Virus record (IMG/VR): IMGVR_UViG_3300025168_000056
Span: 1-64,000 of that record
Source of the DNA: a virus
Strand: one strand, 5' to 3'
Length of the DNA stretch: 64,000 bases
Under the pieces are notes generated by a model. That model saw only the letters and a list, made by a program, of their open reading frames with translations. It did no database searches and had not been told where the DNA came from. A program made the position numbers and the translations under genes. Of this stretch, positions 36,173 to 45,948 are shown one piece after another; within the stretch, counting starts at the first letter, position 1, and every line of letters begins with the position of its first letter.

Positions 36173-37321
36173 ATGCCTAAAAAGAAGACAGCTAAAGCTG
36201 GCAGAGTATCTATGCAGGATCTCATGTCGCTTGTAAATAAGAAAGCCGGCAGAAATGTCGCACACGATCTAACTGGCGACAACCCAACGTCAGTTAAAGA
36301 GTGGATTCCAACTGGCTCACGCTGGTTGGACTCAATCATCTGCAAGGGTCGAGTTGCCGGTATCCCAGTAGGGAAGGTGACAGAGATTGCAGGACTTGAA
36401 TCAACTGGTAAGTCATATATGGCCGCACAGATTGCCGCAAACGCCCAGAAACAGGGCAAGCTTGTGGTATATTTTGATTCTGAATCAGCAATCGACCCAA
36501 GTTTTTTGGAGCGTTCTGGCTGTGATTTAGACCGCTTAATGTATGTCCAAGCATCCTCTGTCGAGTTTGTTTTGGAGACTATCGAAGAGCTTCTTGGGGC
36601 TACTGATGAAAAGTTAGTTTTAATCTGGGATTCGCTGGCATTCACACCATCGGTTTCGGATGTTGAAGGCGACTTCAATCCACAGTCCTCGATGGCAGTG
36701 AAGGCTCGTATTCTTGCCAAGGGCATGTCAAAGCTGACAATCCCGCTGGCAGATAAGCAAGCAACGTTTATTGTTCTCAACCAATTGAAGACAAATATCC
36801 CGCAGGGACCAAACGCACGCATCGTTGCAATGACAACACCATATATCACGCCCGGTGGCAAGGCTATGCACTATGCCTATTCGTTGCGGATTTGGCTGAC
36901 AGGACGAAAGGCAAAGTCTTCGTTTATTGAAGACGACAAGGGCTTCCGAATTGGGTCCGAGGTCAAGATTAAGCTTGAAAAGTCTCGCTTTGGTTCGCAG
37001 GGTCGCTCTTGTGCTTTCCGAATCCTGTGGGGTACTGAGGAAATTGGAATCCGAGACGAAGAAAGTTGGTTTGATGCAATCAAGGGAGCCGAAAGCTTAA
37101 CCTCTGCTGGCGCTTGGTACACACTATCAACACCAGACGGATATACAAAGAAGTTCCAGCCGTCGAAGTGGACTGAATTAATAAAGAGCGATAAAGAGTT
37201 TCGTTCTCGTGTTATTGAGATCATGGATGAAGAAATTGTACAGAAGTTTGATAAGCGTGAGGGTGATGCAAAGGCTTATTATGAAGATCAAGAAGATCTG
37301 ACAGTTCCAGTAAAAGAATAA
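36173..37321 (+). CDS. recA: RecA/UvsX recombinase
   Basis: IPTGS..LD, Walker A GLESTGKS, YFDSE, WDSLA, NQL and PGGKA motifs. Confidence 0.92.
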   Translation: MPKKKTAKAGRVSMQDLMSLVNKKAGRNVAHDLTGDNPTSVKEWIPTGSRWLDSIICKGRVAGIPVGKVTEIAGLESTGKSYMAAQIAANAQKQGKLVVYFDSESAIDPSFLERSGCDLDRLMYVQASSVEFVLETIEELLGATDEKLVLIWDSLAFTPSVSDVEGDFNPQSSMAVKARILAKGMSKLTIPLADKQATFIVLNQLKTNIPQGPNARIVAMTTPYITPGGKAMHYAYSLRIWLTGRKAKSSFIEDDKGFRIGSEVKIKLEKSRFGSQGRSCAFRILWGTEEIGIRDEESWFDAIKGAESLTSAGAWYTLSTPDGYTKKFQPSKWTELIKSDKEFRSRVIEIMDEEIVQKFDKREGDAKAYYEDQEDLTVPVKE

Positions 37322-37329
37322 AAAAGTAC

Positions 37330-37358
37330 TTGACTTTCTCTCCGAGATTGGCTATAAT
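37330..37358 (+). promoter_or_regulatory. Sigma70-type promoter
   Basis: TTGACT-17-TATAAT. Confidence 0.7.
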
Positions 37359-37387
37359 AAGATATAATCAATTAAGGAGGGTTATTC

Positions 37388-38323
37388 ATGCGAAACTACG
37401 GCTATGCTTGCATCAACATGGGGTTCTCAAACCGCCCCAAATCGCAGCGCATCACAACTAACAGGACTATGATCAAGCGCACGTTCCAAGAGCGTGGTAT
37501 TGACTATGCTTCGGAGCTTGCGCTCCAAAATCTACGCGACTTACGTAAGATTCTAGAGTGGAATCTGGAGAACGACATTTACTTCTATCGGCTGTCATCG
37601 GACATTGTGCCGTGGGCTAGCGAGTATGACTTGACTGACATGCCGAACTACGGTGCTATCCATGCGGCTGCATTGTCCGCAGGTAACTTTGCTCGCGAGC
37701 ACGGTATGCGCATCACCTCACATCCGGGTCCATTCAACAAGCTTGCATCTCCCAAAGAGCGTGTATTCAATCTTACCAAGACTGACTTGTCGGTGCACGG
37801 TGATTTGTTCGACCTCATCGGGCTACCGCAGACGCCCTATGCCAAGCTCAACATTCATGTTGGTGCTGCCTACGGCGATAAGCCATTCGCTCTCGACAAC
37901 TTCTGTCGCAACTTCGAACGCCTACCTGACAACGTGCGCTCTCGCCTTACAGTCGAGAACGATGACAAGGCTTCGTTGTACTCGACCAAGGAATTGTATG
38001 ACAGTGTTTACAAGCGCATCGGCATCCCGATTGTCTTTGACTATCACCACCACATGTTGCACCCCGGCGGTCAGTCCGAGCAAGAAGCACTTGAGCTTGC
38101 CCTATCTACGTGGGGTGACATCAAGCCAGTTGTGCATTACGCAGAGTCGCGCTCTATCGAGCACAACAACCCCAAGATCAAACCTCAAGCACACTCAGAT
38201 ATGATTCGTAATCCATTCAGTGATTACGGTCATGATTTTGACGTTATGATCGAAGCCAAGCACAAAGAGCTTGCATTATTAGAATATCGTGATACAATGA
38301 ACAAACAAAGGATGGCAGTATGA
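37388..38323 (+). CDS. uvsE: UV damage endonuclease
   Basis: GYACIN, FYRLSS, HPGPF, NIHVG, ENDDK, FDYHHH, AHSD and MIEAK.KE motifs. Confidence 0.93.
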   Translation: MRNYGYACINMGFSNRPKSQRITTNRTMIKRTFQERGIDYASELALQNLRDLRKILEWNLENDIYFYRLSSDIVPWASEYDLTDMPNYGAIHAAALSAGNFAREHGMRITSHPGPFNKLASPKERVFNLTKTDLSVHGDLFDLIGLPQTPYAKLNIHVGAAYGDKPFALDNFCRNFERLPDNVRSRLTVENDDKASLYSTKELYDSVYKRIGIPIVFDYHHHMLHPGGQSEQEALELALSTWGDIKPVVHYAESRSIEHNNPKIKPQAHSDMIRNPFSDYGHDFDVMIEAKHKELALLEYRDTMNKQRMAV

Positions 38324-39291
38324 AACGAGTATTAATTGTAGATGCATTGAATGCATATTTGAGGGCTTACATTGTAGACCCAAGCATCTCAACCAACGGA
38401 GACCCGATCGGCGGACTCAAGGGGTTCATTAAAATCCTCCAAAAGTTGGTCCGGACTACTAGCCCGGATAACGTTATCGTAGTCTGGGACGGACCCAACG
38501 GCTCCAAGAAGCGAAAGACCATGGATAAGAATTACAAGGCCGGTCGCAAACCCATTCGACTGAATAGAGCTTTTCATAATCTAACAGATGATGAGGAGTT
38601 ACAAAACAAGATCTGGCAACAAAGTCGGGTCATTGAGTATATGAATGAAATGCCAGTTATTCAGTTCATGCTGCCAGAAATTGAGGCTGATGATGTGATT
38701 GCTCACATTACACAGCTGTCAACTTACGATGGTTGGCAAAAGATCATTGTATCTAATGATAGAGATTTTATGCAGGTTTGTGATGAGGAAACAGTCTTGT
38801 GGCGCCCAACAAAGGACGAGTTCTTAAATACTAAGAGGATTATCGAGCAGACTGGGGTACACCCAACCAATATGGCATTAGCCCGAGCAATCATTGGCGA
38901 TGCATCGGACAACCTTCCAGGCGTAAAGGGTGCAGGCTTCAAGACCATCGCTAAGCGCTTAGGCTCTATGTTGTCTGTTGAGAAAACTGCAACCATCGAT
39001 GAGATCGTTGAGTATTGCGCTAACGCAGATAGCAACTTGAAGTTCTTTAGCAACGTTACAGAGAGCAAGAGCTTGATCGAGCACAACTACAGAATGATGC
39101 AGCTATACTCTCCGCAAATGTCATTCCAGTCTAAAACCTACGTTAAAGAATCAATCGAAAATTTTGAATGCGAATTTAATAAAACCGAGGTTATCGGTAT
39201 GATGCGCGCAGATGGATTTGGTGAGCTAAATTGGGCAGATCTTCAAGCTCACTTAAATAAGATTCAGAAGGAATGCCTTGACAACGCATGA
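38320..39291 (+). CDS. 5'-3' exonuclease/flap endonuclease (T4 RNase H/PolA N-terminal type)
   Basis: LIVD, VWDG, YKAGR, EADDVI, SNDRDF.Q and GDASDNLPGV.G.G.KT motifs. Confidence 0.9.
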   Translation: MKRVLIVDALNAYLRAYIVDPSISTNGDPIGGLKGFIKILQKLVRTTSPDNVIVVWDGPNGSKKRKTMDKNYKAGRKPIRLNRAFHNLTDDEELQNKIWQQSRVIEYMNEMPVIQFMLPEIEADDVIAHITQLSTYDGWQKIIVSNDRDFMQVCDEETVLWRPTKDEFLNTKRIIEQTGVHPTNMALARAIIGDASDNLPGVKGAGFKTIAKRLGSMLSVEKTATIDEIVEYCANADSNLKFFSNVTESKSLIEHNYRMMQLYSPQMSFQSKTYVKESIENFECEFNKTEVIGMMRADGFGELNWADLQAHLNKIQKECLDNA

Positions 39292-39310
39292 AATTAATCT
39301 TCGGATCTGC

Positions 39311-39338
39311 TTGACAAAACGGTCAGATTTGATATACT
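39311..39338 (+). promoter_or_regulatory. Sigma70-type promoter
   Basis: TTGACA-16-TATACT. Confidence 0.55.
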
Positions 39339-39357
39339 TATATAAAACGAGAGGGTA

Positions 39358-40752
39358 ATGCAAGCAGAGAAAGCAAACTTCGGAAAGTATGGAAAAACTT
39401 TTCAAGAAGGGTTAGTACAATTAATATTTGAAGATCGTCCTTTTGCGGACCAGATCACTGAAGTTCTAGATGTAAGCTTTCTAGAGCTTGAGTATTTGCG
39501 CGTATTCCTGCGCAAGACTATTGATTACCGTGCAAGATATGACCGGCACCCATCCTCTTCTACAATGGATACGATTATTCACACTGAGTTGTCTGATGAA
39601 GACGAACTGGTGGCCGAGCAAGTAAAGGAATATTTTGATAAGATAGTCGGTTATGAAGTCGGCGATCAAGAATACATTAAAGAGACCTCTCTTGATTTTT
39701 GTCGGAAACAAACACTGAAAGAAGCAATGATGAAGTCCGTGGGGCTCCTTCAAACGTGTTCCTTCGATGAAATATCTACAGAGATTAACAACGCGCTAAA
39801 ATTAGGGTCGGATAACAATTTTGGCTACGACTATCTCGCAGACTTCGAAGCGCGATTTGTGCCGAAACATCGAAAGCCGGTATCAACCGGATGGTCTGAT
39901 ATCGATAATATTGTAGGAGGAGGGCTGGGCAAAAATGAGCTTGGTGTTGTGATTGCCCCCACCGGTGCCGGAAAATCTATGGTTCTAGTACACTTGGGTG
40001 CCGAGGCATTACGAGAAGGAAAAACAGTCGTCCACTATACATTGGAGCTTCAAGAAACTGTAATCGCCAACAGATATGATAGCTGCATCACGGGCTATCC
40101 TCTCGATGAGATAATAAATTTTAAAGAAGAAGTCTATGAGGAGATCAAAGATATTGAGGGCTCACTAATTATTAAAGAATACCCGACAAAATCTGCCTCG
40201 ACTAACACGATTAAAGCACACTTATCAAGATTGATAAAGCGCGGAATCAATCCGGGCATGGTAATTATAGATTATGGAGATCTCTTGAAACCTGTTGTAG
40301 TACGAAAAGAAAAAAGAAATGAGCTGGAATCAATCTACGAAGAGATGAGAGGAATCTCAGCAGAGTTCCAGTGCCCAGTCTGGACAGCTTCGCAAACTAA
40401 CCGCTCTGGTCTAAGCGCCGAAGTGATCACGATGGAGCAAATCTCAGAGGCATTTAATAAGTGCTTTGTCGCCGACTTCATTTTTTCTGTCTCTCGTACT
40501 ATCGAGGACAAACAAAATAATCAAGGGAAGTTGTTCATTGCCAAGAACAGAAACGGACCAGATGGAATGGTGTTCCCAATTTTCATGGACACCTCCAACG
40601 TCAATATCAAGATATTACCAAACACGTCCAGTCACAATAACACCAACAGCAACCCGGCGGTGGTCACCGCACCAGTTTCTTTGGGTCCATCAGCTCAGAA
40701 GCAGCTATTACAAGCAAAATATACTAAACTAAAAAGGAAAACAAGACAATGA
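39358..40752 (+). CDS. dnaB: Replicative helicase (DnaB/gp41-like)
   Basis: APTGAGKS, YTLE, IIDYGDL, WTASQTNR and KNRNG motifs. Confidence 0.9.
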   Translation: MQAEKANFGKYGKTFQEGLVQLIFEDRPFADQITEVLDVSFLELEYLRVFLRKTIDYRARYDRHPSSSTMDTIIHTELSDEDELVAEQVKEYFDKIVGYEVGDQEYIKETSLDFCRKQTLKEAMMKSVGLLQTCSFDEISTEINNALKLGSDNNFGYDYLADFEARFVPKHRKPVSTGWSDIDNIVGGGLGKNELGVVIAPTGAGKSMVLVHLGAEALREGKTVVHYTLELQETVIANRYDSCITGYPLDEIINFKEEVYEEIKDIEGSLIIKEYPTKSASTNTIKAHLSRLIKRGINPGMVIIDYGDLLKPVVVRKEKRNELESIYEEMRGISAEFQCPVWTASQTNRSGLSAEVITMEQISEAFNKCFVADFIFSVSRTIEDKQNNQGKLFIAKNRNGPDGMVFPIFMDTSNVNIKILPNTSSHNNTNSNPAVVTAPVSLGPSAQKQLLQAKYTKLKRKTRQ

Positions 40753-42716
40753 GAACAATTGACAACATTAGGCGCTTTAGACTTTCGGATACCTTTGTGG
40801 AACCGTATAAGATGAAGGAAGTGCCTTGGGGTCCATTGGGGTATGTAACGTTCAAGAGAACGTACGCGAGGAGATTAAGCGAATTTGATCCAGAAGCTTC
40901 AGGCACCGAAGAATGGTGGCAGACATGTCGCCGCGTTGTGGAAGGTATGTTCAATATGCAAAAACAGCATGTTTTCATGTTAGGTTTGGAATGGAATGAC
41001 GCAAAGGCTCAGAGAACCGCTAAGGATGCTTATGAGCGCTTATTCACATTAAAGTGGACACCCCCTGGTCGCGGCTTATGGATGATGGGAACGAAGTTTA
41101 TCGAAGAAAGGACCGCAGCAGGATTGTTTAATTGTGCCTTTCGCTCTACTCGCGATCTAGCGACTAAGGGCGGCTATCTTTTCGCTTGGATGATGGACGC
41201 TCTTATGGTTGGTATCGGAGTTGGTTTTGATACCGAGGGAGCTAACACAATTGTTATCAATGAACCACAGTATACTAATGATACTCTTTTCATTGATGAC
41301 TCTCGCGAAGGCTGGGTCGACTCTGTGCACACACTATTAGACGGATTCTTTTTTGGTTCTAAAGTGCCCAAGTTCGATTATTCAGCTATTCGCCCGGAAG
41401 GCGCCCTTATCCACGGTTTCGGCGGCACTTCATCCGGCGCCGGTCCCCTTATTGAACTGCACAAGAGTTTAATTGAGTTGTTTTCCGGGAAGGTCGGTGA
41501 ACCAATAAGCTCAGTAGACATAGTTGACACCGAAAACCTTATCGGGCGCTGTGTTGTGTCAGGGAACGTACGTCGGTCCGCGGCTCTGGCTATGGGTCGA
41601 CATGATGACAAGAGATATCTTGAAATGAAGAACGATTCAGAGAAGCTGATGCACCACCGGTGGGGTTCCAACAATTCTTTTAACGCCGTCGTCGGAATGG
41701 ATTACACTTGGCATGCCGCACAATCCCAGAAGAATGGAGAGCCGGGATATATTTGGCTGGAGAATGCTCGCACCCGCGGTCGTTTTAAAGATGGATTGAG
41801 ATATGATGATGTGAATGTCGCCGGCTTTAACCCGTGTGTAGAACAACAGTTAGAGGATGCAGAATTATGCTGCTTGGTGGAAACTTACCCAGCAAAGCAC
41901 GAAGATATGGAAGATTATCTTCGAACCCTTAAGATCGCGTATCTTTATGGCAAGACTATCACTCTTTCTAACACACATTGGCCGGAAACCAATGCAAAGA
42001 TGCTTAAAAATCGCCGCATCGGACTCTCCCAATCTGGAGTTGTTCAGGCATTTAACAAGTTCGGCAGAAGAGAAGTGTATGAGATGTGTGACAACGCATA
42101 TGAGCATGTGAAGAGTCTTGATGAAGAGTACTCCAACTGGCTGTGTATTCCAAAGTCTGTTAGAATGACTTCAATCAAGCCATCCGGTACAGTGTCTTTA
42201 CTTAATGGATCTACTCCGGGGATTCACTTTCCTGAGAGCGAGTTCTATATTAGAAGGATTAGATTTGCGGAAAGCTCAGAGATGCTTAAACAATTAGAAG
42301 AAGCAGGCTATAAGATAGAGAAGGATTCATATTCGCCCAATACCATGGTGGTAGAATTTCCGGTGCAAGAGCCATATTTTCAGAAAGGAAAGAAGGACGT
42401 GTCCATATGGGAACAGCTTGAGATTGCGGCACAATATCAACATTACTGGGCGGACAATTCTGTTTCAATTACGGTGACGTTTAACGAGAGCGAATCGACT
42501 CAGATTAAGAGCGCTCTGGAGATGTACGAAACGCGATTGAAAGCCGTTTCGTTCTTAAAATATCAAGAAACTGGATACGTGCAGGCGCCCTATGAACCAA
42601 TCACTGAAGAAAAGTTCAACGAGATGTCAGCAAACATAAACCCGGTCCAACGCATGTCTTTTGAGGAAGGCGGCATCGGTAGCAAGTTTTGCACCAACGA
42701 TACATGTACAATTTAA
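40749..42716 (+). CDS. nrdJ: Class II (adenosylcobalamin) ribonucleotide reductase
   Basis: PPGRGLW, NCAF, GNVRRSA, NPCVEQ.L, NRRIG, TSIKPSGTVS and C-terminal CxxDxC. Confidence 0.9.
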   Translation: MRTIDNIRRFRLSDTFVEPYKMKEVPWGPLGYVTFKRTYARRLSEFDPEASGTEEWWQTCRRVVEGMFNMQKQHVFMLGLEWNDAKAQRTAKDAYERLFTLKWTPPGRGLWMMGTKFIEERTAAGLFNCAFRSTRDLATKGGYLFAWMMDALMVGIGVGFDTEGANTIVINEPQYTNDTLFIDDSREGWVDSVHTLLDGFFFGSKVPKFDYSAIRPEGALIHGFGGTSSGAGPLIELHKSLIELFSGKVGEPISSVDIVDTENLIGRCVVSGNVRRSAALAMGRHDDKRYLEMKNDSEKLMHHRWGSNNSFNAVVGMDYTWHAAQSQKNGEPGYIWLENARTRGRFKDGLRYDDVNVAGFNPCVEQQLEDAELCCLVETYPAKHEDMEDYLRTLKIAYLYGKTITLSNTHWPETNAKMLKNRRIGLSQSGVVQAFNKFGRREVYEMCDNAYEHVKSLDEEYSNWLCIPKSVRMTSIKPSGTVSLLNGSTPGIHFPESEFYIRRIRFAESSEMLKQLEEAGYKIEKDSYSPNTMVVEFPVQEPYFQKGKKDVSIWEQLEIAAQYQHYWADNSVSITVTFNESESTQIKSALEMYETRLKAVSFLKYQETGYVQAPYEPITEEKFNEMSANINPVQRMSFEEGGIGSKFCTNDTCTI

Positions 42717-42728
42717 AAAGAGGAAACA

Positions 42729-43007
42729 ATGTTCATACCATTAAACAGACATATACATATTGATTTAGGCACGCCAAATCAGAACGAGACAGCAGCAGGT
42801 ATTCTATTGCCAGAAGAGTATAAACCGACAGAGCAGAGGTACGCGACTGCCACGGTCATAGCAACGTCAGAAGACGTTAAATTCTTAGAATCTCTGCGGA
42901 AGGGCACAGAAATAGTTGTTGATAAGACCATGGTTGAGGAGATTAACTTTGGAGACAAAACCATAAATGTTATTTTAGAGAACTATATATTAGGTATAAT
43001 TTCTTAA
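42729..43007 (+). CDS. groES: GroES-like co-chaperonin
   Basis: 92 aa with PLN..I, ET..GILLP, A.V.A and I.E..ILGII. Confidence 0.7.
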   Translation: MFIPLNRHIHIDLGTPNQNETAAGILLPEEYKPTEQRYATATVIATSEDVKFLESLRKGTEIVVDKTMVEEINFGDKTINVILENYILGIIS

Positions 43008-43034
43008 ATTGCAATATAAAGGGGCAATTGCTGT

Positions 43035-43973
43035 ATGCCTATAGATAAAAACTTTTACAATGAATCTTCATCAGTTAGACTTGGCTGGGACCCCAGTTGG
43101 TTTGGGGAGAAGTATTTTGACGACAAGCTGACTCGTGCTATCAAGAAGTGGCAGAAGGGTAATGGCATAACTGCAGATGGTCTTTGTGGACCTAGCACGT
43201 TTCGCCGCTTGTGGACCGAACGCCAAGCTGAAATAGATAATCACAAGCCCCGCGAATGTAGTTACTCTAACTACATTGTATATAATAATGAATTTTTTCC
43301 GATTGATTGGGACAAAGTAGTCCTGTGGTCTGAGCAAGGTGGTATGAAAGCCAAACCAGGGACTCACTATAGCTACGCCGGGCGCCCCAGAAGAGGTGTG
43401 CGTTATTTCGTCAACCATTGGGATGTTTGCTTAAGTTCTAGATCCTGTCAATCTGTATTAGATAAGAGGGGAATCTCTGTTCATTTCCTTATTGACAACG
43501 ACGGAACAATCTATCAAACACTTGACATGCAACATGGGGCTTGGCATGCTGGTAGCGAAAGAGCGAATAGGGCATCAGTGGGTGTCGAGATTTCAAATGC
43601 TTATTATCCCAAATACCAAGGCTGGTATGTTAAAAATGGCTTTGGCGAAAGACCCATGGTGGAGAACGCATGGGTTCACCACAATAAGCTCGATCCTTTC
43701 ATGGGGTTTTACCCGAAACAGATAGAGGCACTAAAATCTCTTTGGAGAGCGATACATAAAGCTACAGGAATACCATTAGAGACACCGCTCAACCAATTTG
43801 GAAGTACATCAACTCAGTACGAGCAAGAGGTGACTTATGGGAAGTTTAGTGGTTTCGTTAGCCACTATCACGTTAGCAAAAGAAAGATTGACTGCGCCGG
43901 TTTGGACATTAAAAGCCTGTTAAACGAAGTTACTAACGAGGACATACCTGCTGGCGACTTGCGTGACGATTGA
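43035..43973 (+). CDS. Endolysin: peptidoglycan-binding domain plus N-acetylmuramoyl-L-alanine amidase
   Basis: AIKKWQ..NGITADG.CGP.T; SVHFLI..DG.IYQ, AWHAG, SVGVE and H.......DC motifs. Confidence 0.85.
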   Translation: MPIDKNFYNESSSVRLGWDPSWFGEKYFDDKLTRAIKKWQKGNGITADGLCGPSTFRRLWTERQAEIDNHKPRECSYSNYIVYNNEFFPIDWDKVVLWSEQGGMKAKPGTHYSYAGRPRRGVRYFVNHWDVCLSSRSCQSVLDKRGISVHFLIDNDGTIYQTLDMQHGAWHAGSERANRASVGVEISNAYYPKYQGWYVKNGFGERPMVENAWVHHNKLDPFMGFYPKQIEALKSLWRAIHKATGIPLETPLNQFGSTSTQYEQEVTYGKFSGFVSHYHVSKRKIDCAGLDIKSLLNEVTNEDIPAGDLRDD

Positions 43974-44863
43974 TACTTGAGTACGACAGCGTGGTGTTGG
44001 GCAGTTCCTTGAGTGCGATTCTGTTCGCAGCCCAAAATTTTTTCCCCGTAGTTTTTTCAGATTTTCGAAAACCGTTCAGGTTTGATTATTTTGAGCCTAC
44101 AGTTGATTTGTCTTTTTTGAATCTACCAAGTGGCCTCGGGCCAAAAAGTTTAACGACACACGAAGGACTAATCGACGTTGGGCTATCTAAGAGTTTGGTT
44201 TGGGATCGCCTAATGTTTCTATTATCGACTAGCGGTCGTGTGCCACTTTCAAATTTGTGCCATAGCATTAGAGCAGATGACAACTCAATAAGTTGCTATA
44301 ATGAGTACTCTAAAATAGCTGATATAAGGTTCAATCAGTGTTACTATTTTGGAGACAATAATGTCCAAGGGTTGTTCGAACAAAAAGCACTTGATAATTG
44401 TGAATATATGTGCTATGATTGGATAGCTTTTAACAAAGGTGGGAAACATGATATTGACTTCATTGAGACAAGGGATGATTTCGTTAAACGAATATGGTTT
44501 TATGCATCAGACCGCATTGATGGAAATACTCCTGTTAAAGATGCTTGTGTCCTGTCAGTATTGAGTGAAGAGCAGATCCGAGATTTTAACTACTCAGAGA
44601 CAATGGCTAAGTTCAAACTGATTTCAGAGATGGAGAACAGAGGCATGAAAGGGCAGTTCAATGGATATGGACCTAACGGCAACCCAAAATATTATAAATT
44701 TAAAACAACGCATATGCGAAGAGAGAAACATGCAACAGAGGAAATCACATCTTTTAAGACCAGCGGCTTTAAAGTTAAAGAAGTTGATGAAAACGAGTTA
44801 TACAAAAATCTACAAGCGGTTCATTTGGACTACGATAGATTTTTAAGAGGATTGAGTGAGTAG
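43970..44863 (+). CDS. Hypothetical protein with a degenerate Rossmann-like N-terminus
   Basis: YDSVVLGSSLSAILFA resembles an FAD-binding beta-alpha-beta lacking the full GxGxxG. Confidence 0.45.
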   Translation: MILEYDSVVLGSSLSAILFAAQNFFPVVFSDFRKPFRFDYFEPTVDLSFLNLPSGLGPKSLTTHEGLIDVGLSKSLVWDRLMFLLSTSGRVPLSNLCHSIRADDNSISCYNEYSKIADIRFNQCYYFGDNNVQGLFEQKALDNCEYMCYDWIAFNKGGKHDIDFIETRDDFVKRIWFYASDRIDGNTPVKDACVLSVLSEEQIRDFNYSETMAKFKLISEMENRGMKGQFNGYGPNGNPKYYKFKTTHMRREKHATEEITSFKTSGFKVKEVDENELYKNLQAVHLDYDRFLRGLSE

Positions 44864-45746
44864 TCACGTGCACACAGCCGGCATAATCCCGGTTGCCAAT
44901 TTGCAAACAGATATACAGACGCCTATCCCAGAGATTCTGCTCCCAGTGAATAATGGGTTCTCAGCAATTCAAAAATCAGTTTTTGAGTGCGCCATGGCGG
45001 GCTGTAATACTATTTGGATCGTAGCTAACCATGACTTAGCGCCGATAGTGCGAAAGGTAGTGGGTGATTGGATTTACGACCCCGTTTATTACGAAAGAAC
45101 TTTTACTAAATTTTATTCGGATCATCGGCGAGAGATACCTATTTATTATGTCCCTATCCATCCGAAAGATCGCGCTCGCCGAGATTCTTATGGGTGGTCA
45201 ATTTTACATGGGGTATACTCTTCGTGGTATGCAGCATATAAAATATCGAAATGGATAACCCCACAGAACTATTATATTAGCTTCCCGATGTCAGTTTATG
45301 ACGTCTATAGTGTAAGAGACTATAGAAAGAATATTTCCAATTCGAAAGCTAATTTTTTTCTAAAACATGATAACAAAACAGTTAAAGATGGAGAACTTCT
45401 GTCTTTTACAATGAAAGGAGATGATTTTAAAGCATGCAGGAACCTAATAAACAAAACAACAACAAGGGAGTATTTACCCCCCTTACCCGGCCAAAAGTAT
45501 CCGAGCCAGAAACGACCGGTGAACGAGAGGTGGATAGCAAAAGACTATTCGCTAGAGCAAGTGCTAAAACCTCTGAATGAAGAGGGTAGCACATGCATGG
45601 AAATAGAGTGGCACCATGACATTTCAACGTGGCAGGGATACGTTGAATACCTGGGGTCAAAAAATACTGTAGAAACTCCTAGAAAGGAGTTGACTTTACC
45701 TCACATTCATGTTAATATACCTTATGTGGATGAAGTTAAAGACTGA
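44856..45746 (+). CDS. Sugar-nucleotidyltransferase-fold protein (divergent)
   Basis: AGIIPVA...P..LLPV...AI...V.EC..AG...I.IV and W.DI.T...Y. Confidence 0.55.
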   Translation: MSSHVHTAGIIPVANLQTDIQTPIPEILLPVNNGFSAIQKSVFECAMAGCNTIWIVANHDLAPIVRKVVGDWIYDPVYYERTFTKFYSDHRREIPIYYVPIHPKDRARRDSYGWSILHGVYSSWYAAYKISKWITPQNYYISFPMSVYDVYSVRDYRKNISNSKANFFLKHDNKTVKDGELLSFTMKGDDFKACRNLINKTTTREYLPPLPGQKYPSQKRPVNERWIAKDYSLEQVLKPLNEEGSTCMEIEWHHDISTWQGYVEYLGSKNTVETPRKELTLPHIHVNIPYVDEVKD

Positions 45747-45948
45747 AGAAACTAATTTGGGTCGCGTTCCGGTCGGCTCAATTATCATATATAAAGACAA
45801 AGCGTGGAAGACACTAAACAAGATTGATGGTATGAGTCAAATGCTCATTACTAATATCGGTGATGGTGATCGAGAGAGTATTTTACTTGCTTCTTCAGCT
45901 GAAGTGTGTTATATTAGAGACGTAATCAAAATTTCCAAGGAGGCATAA
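45730..45948 (+). CDS. Hypothetical protein
   Basis: Fills the gap and overlaps both neighbours. Confidence 0.45.
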   Translation: MKLKTEETNLGRVPVGSIIIYKDKAWKTLNKIDGMSQMLITNIGDGDRESILLASSAEVCYIRDVIKISKEA

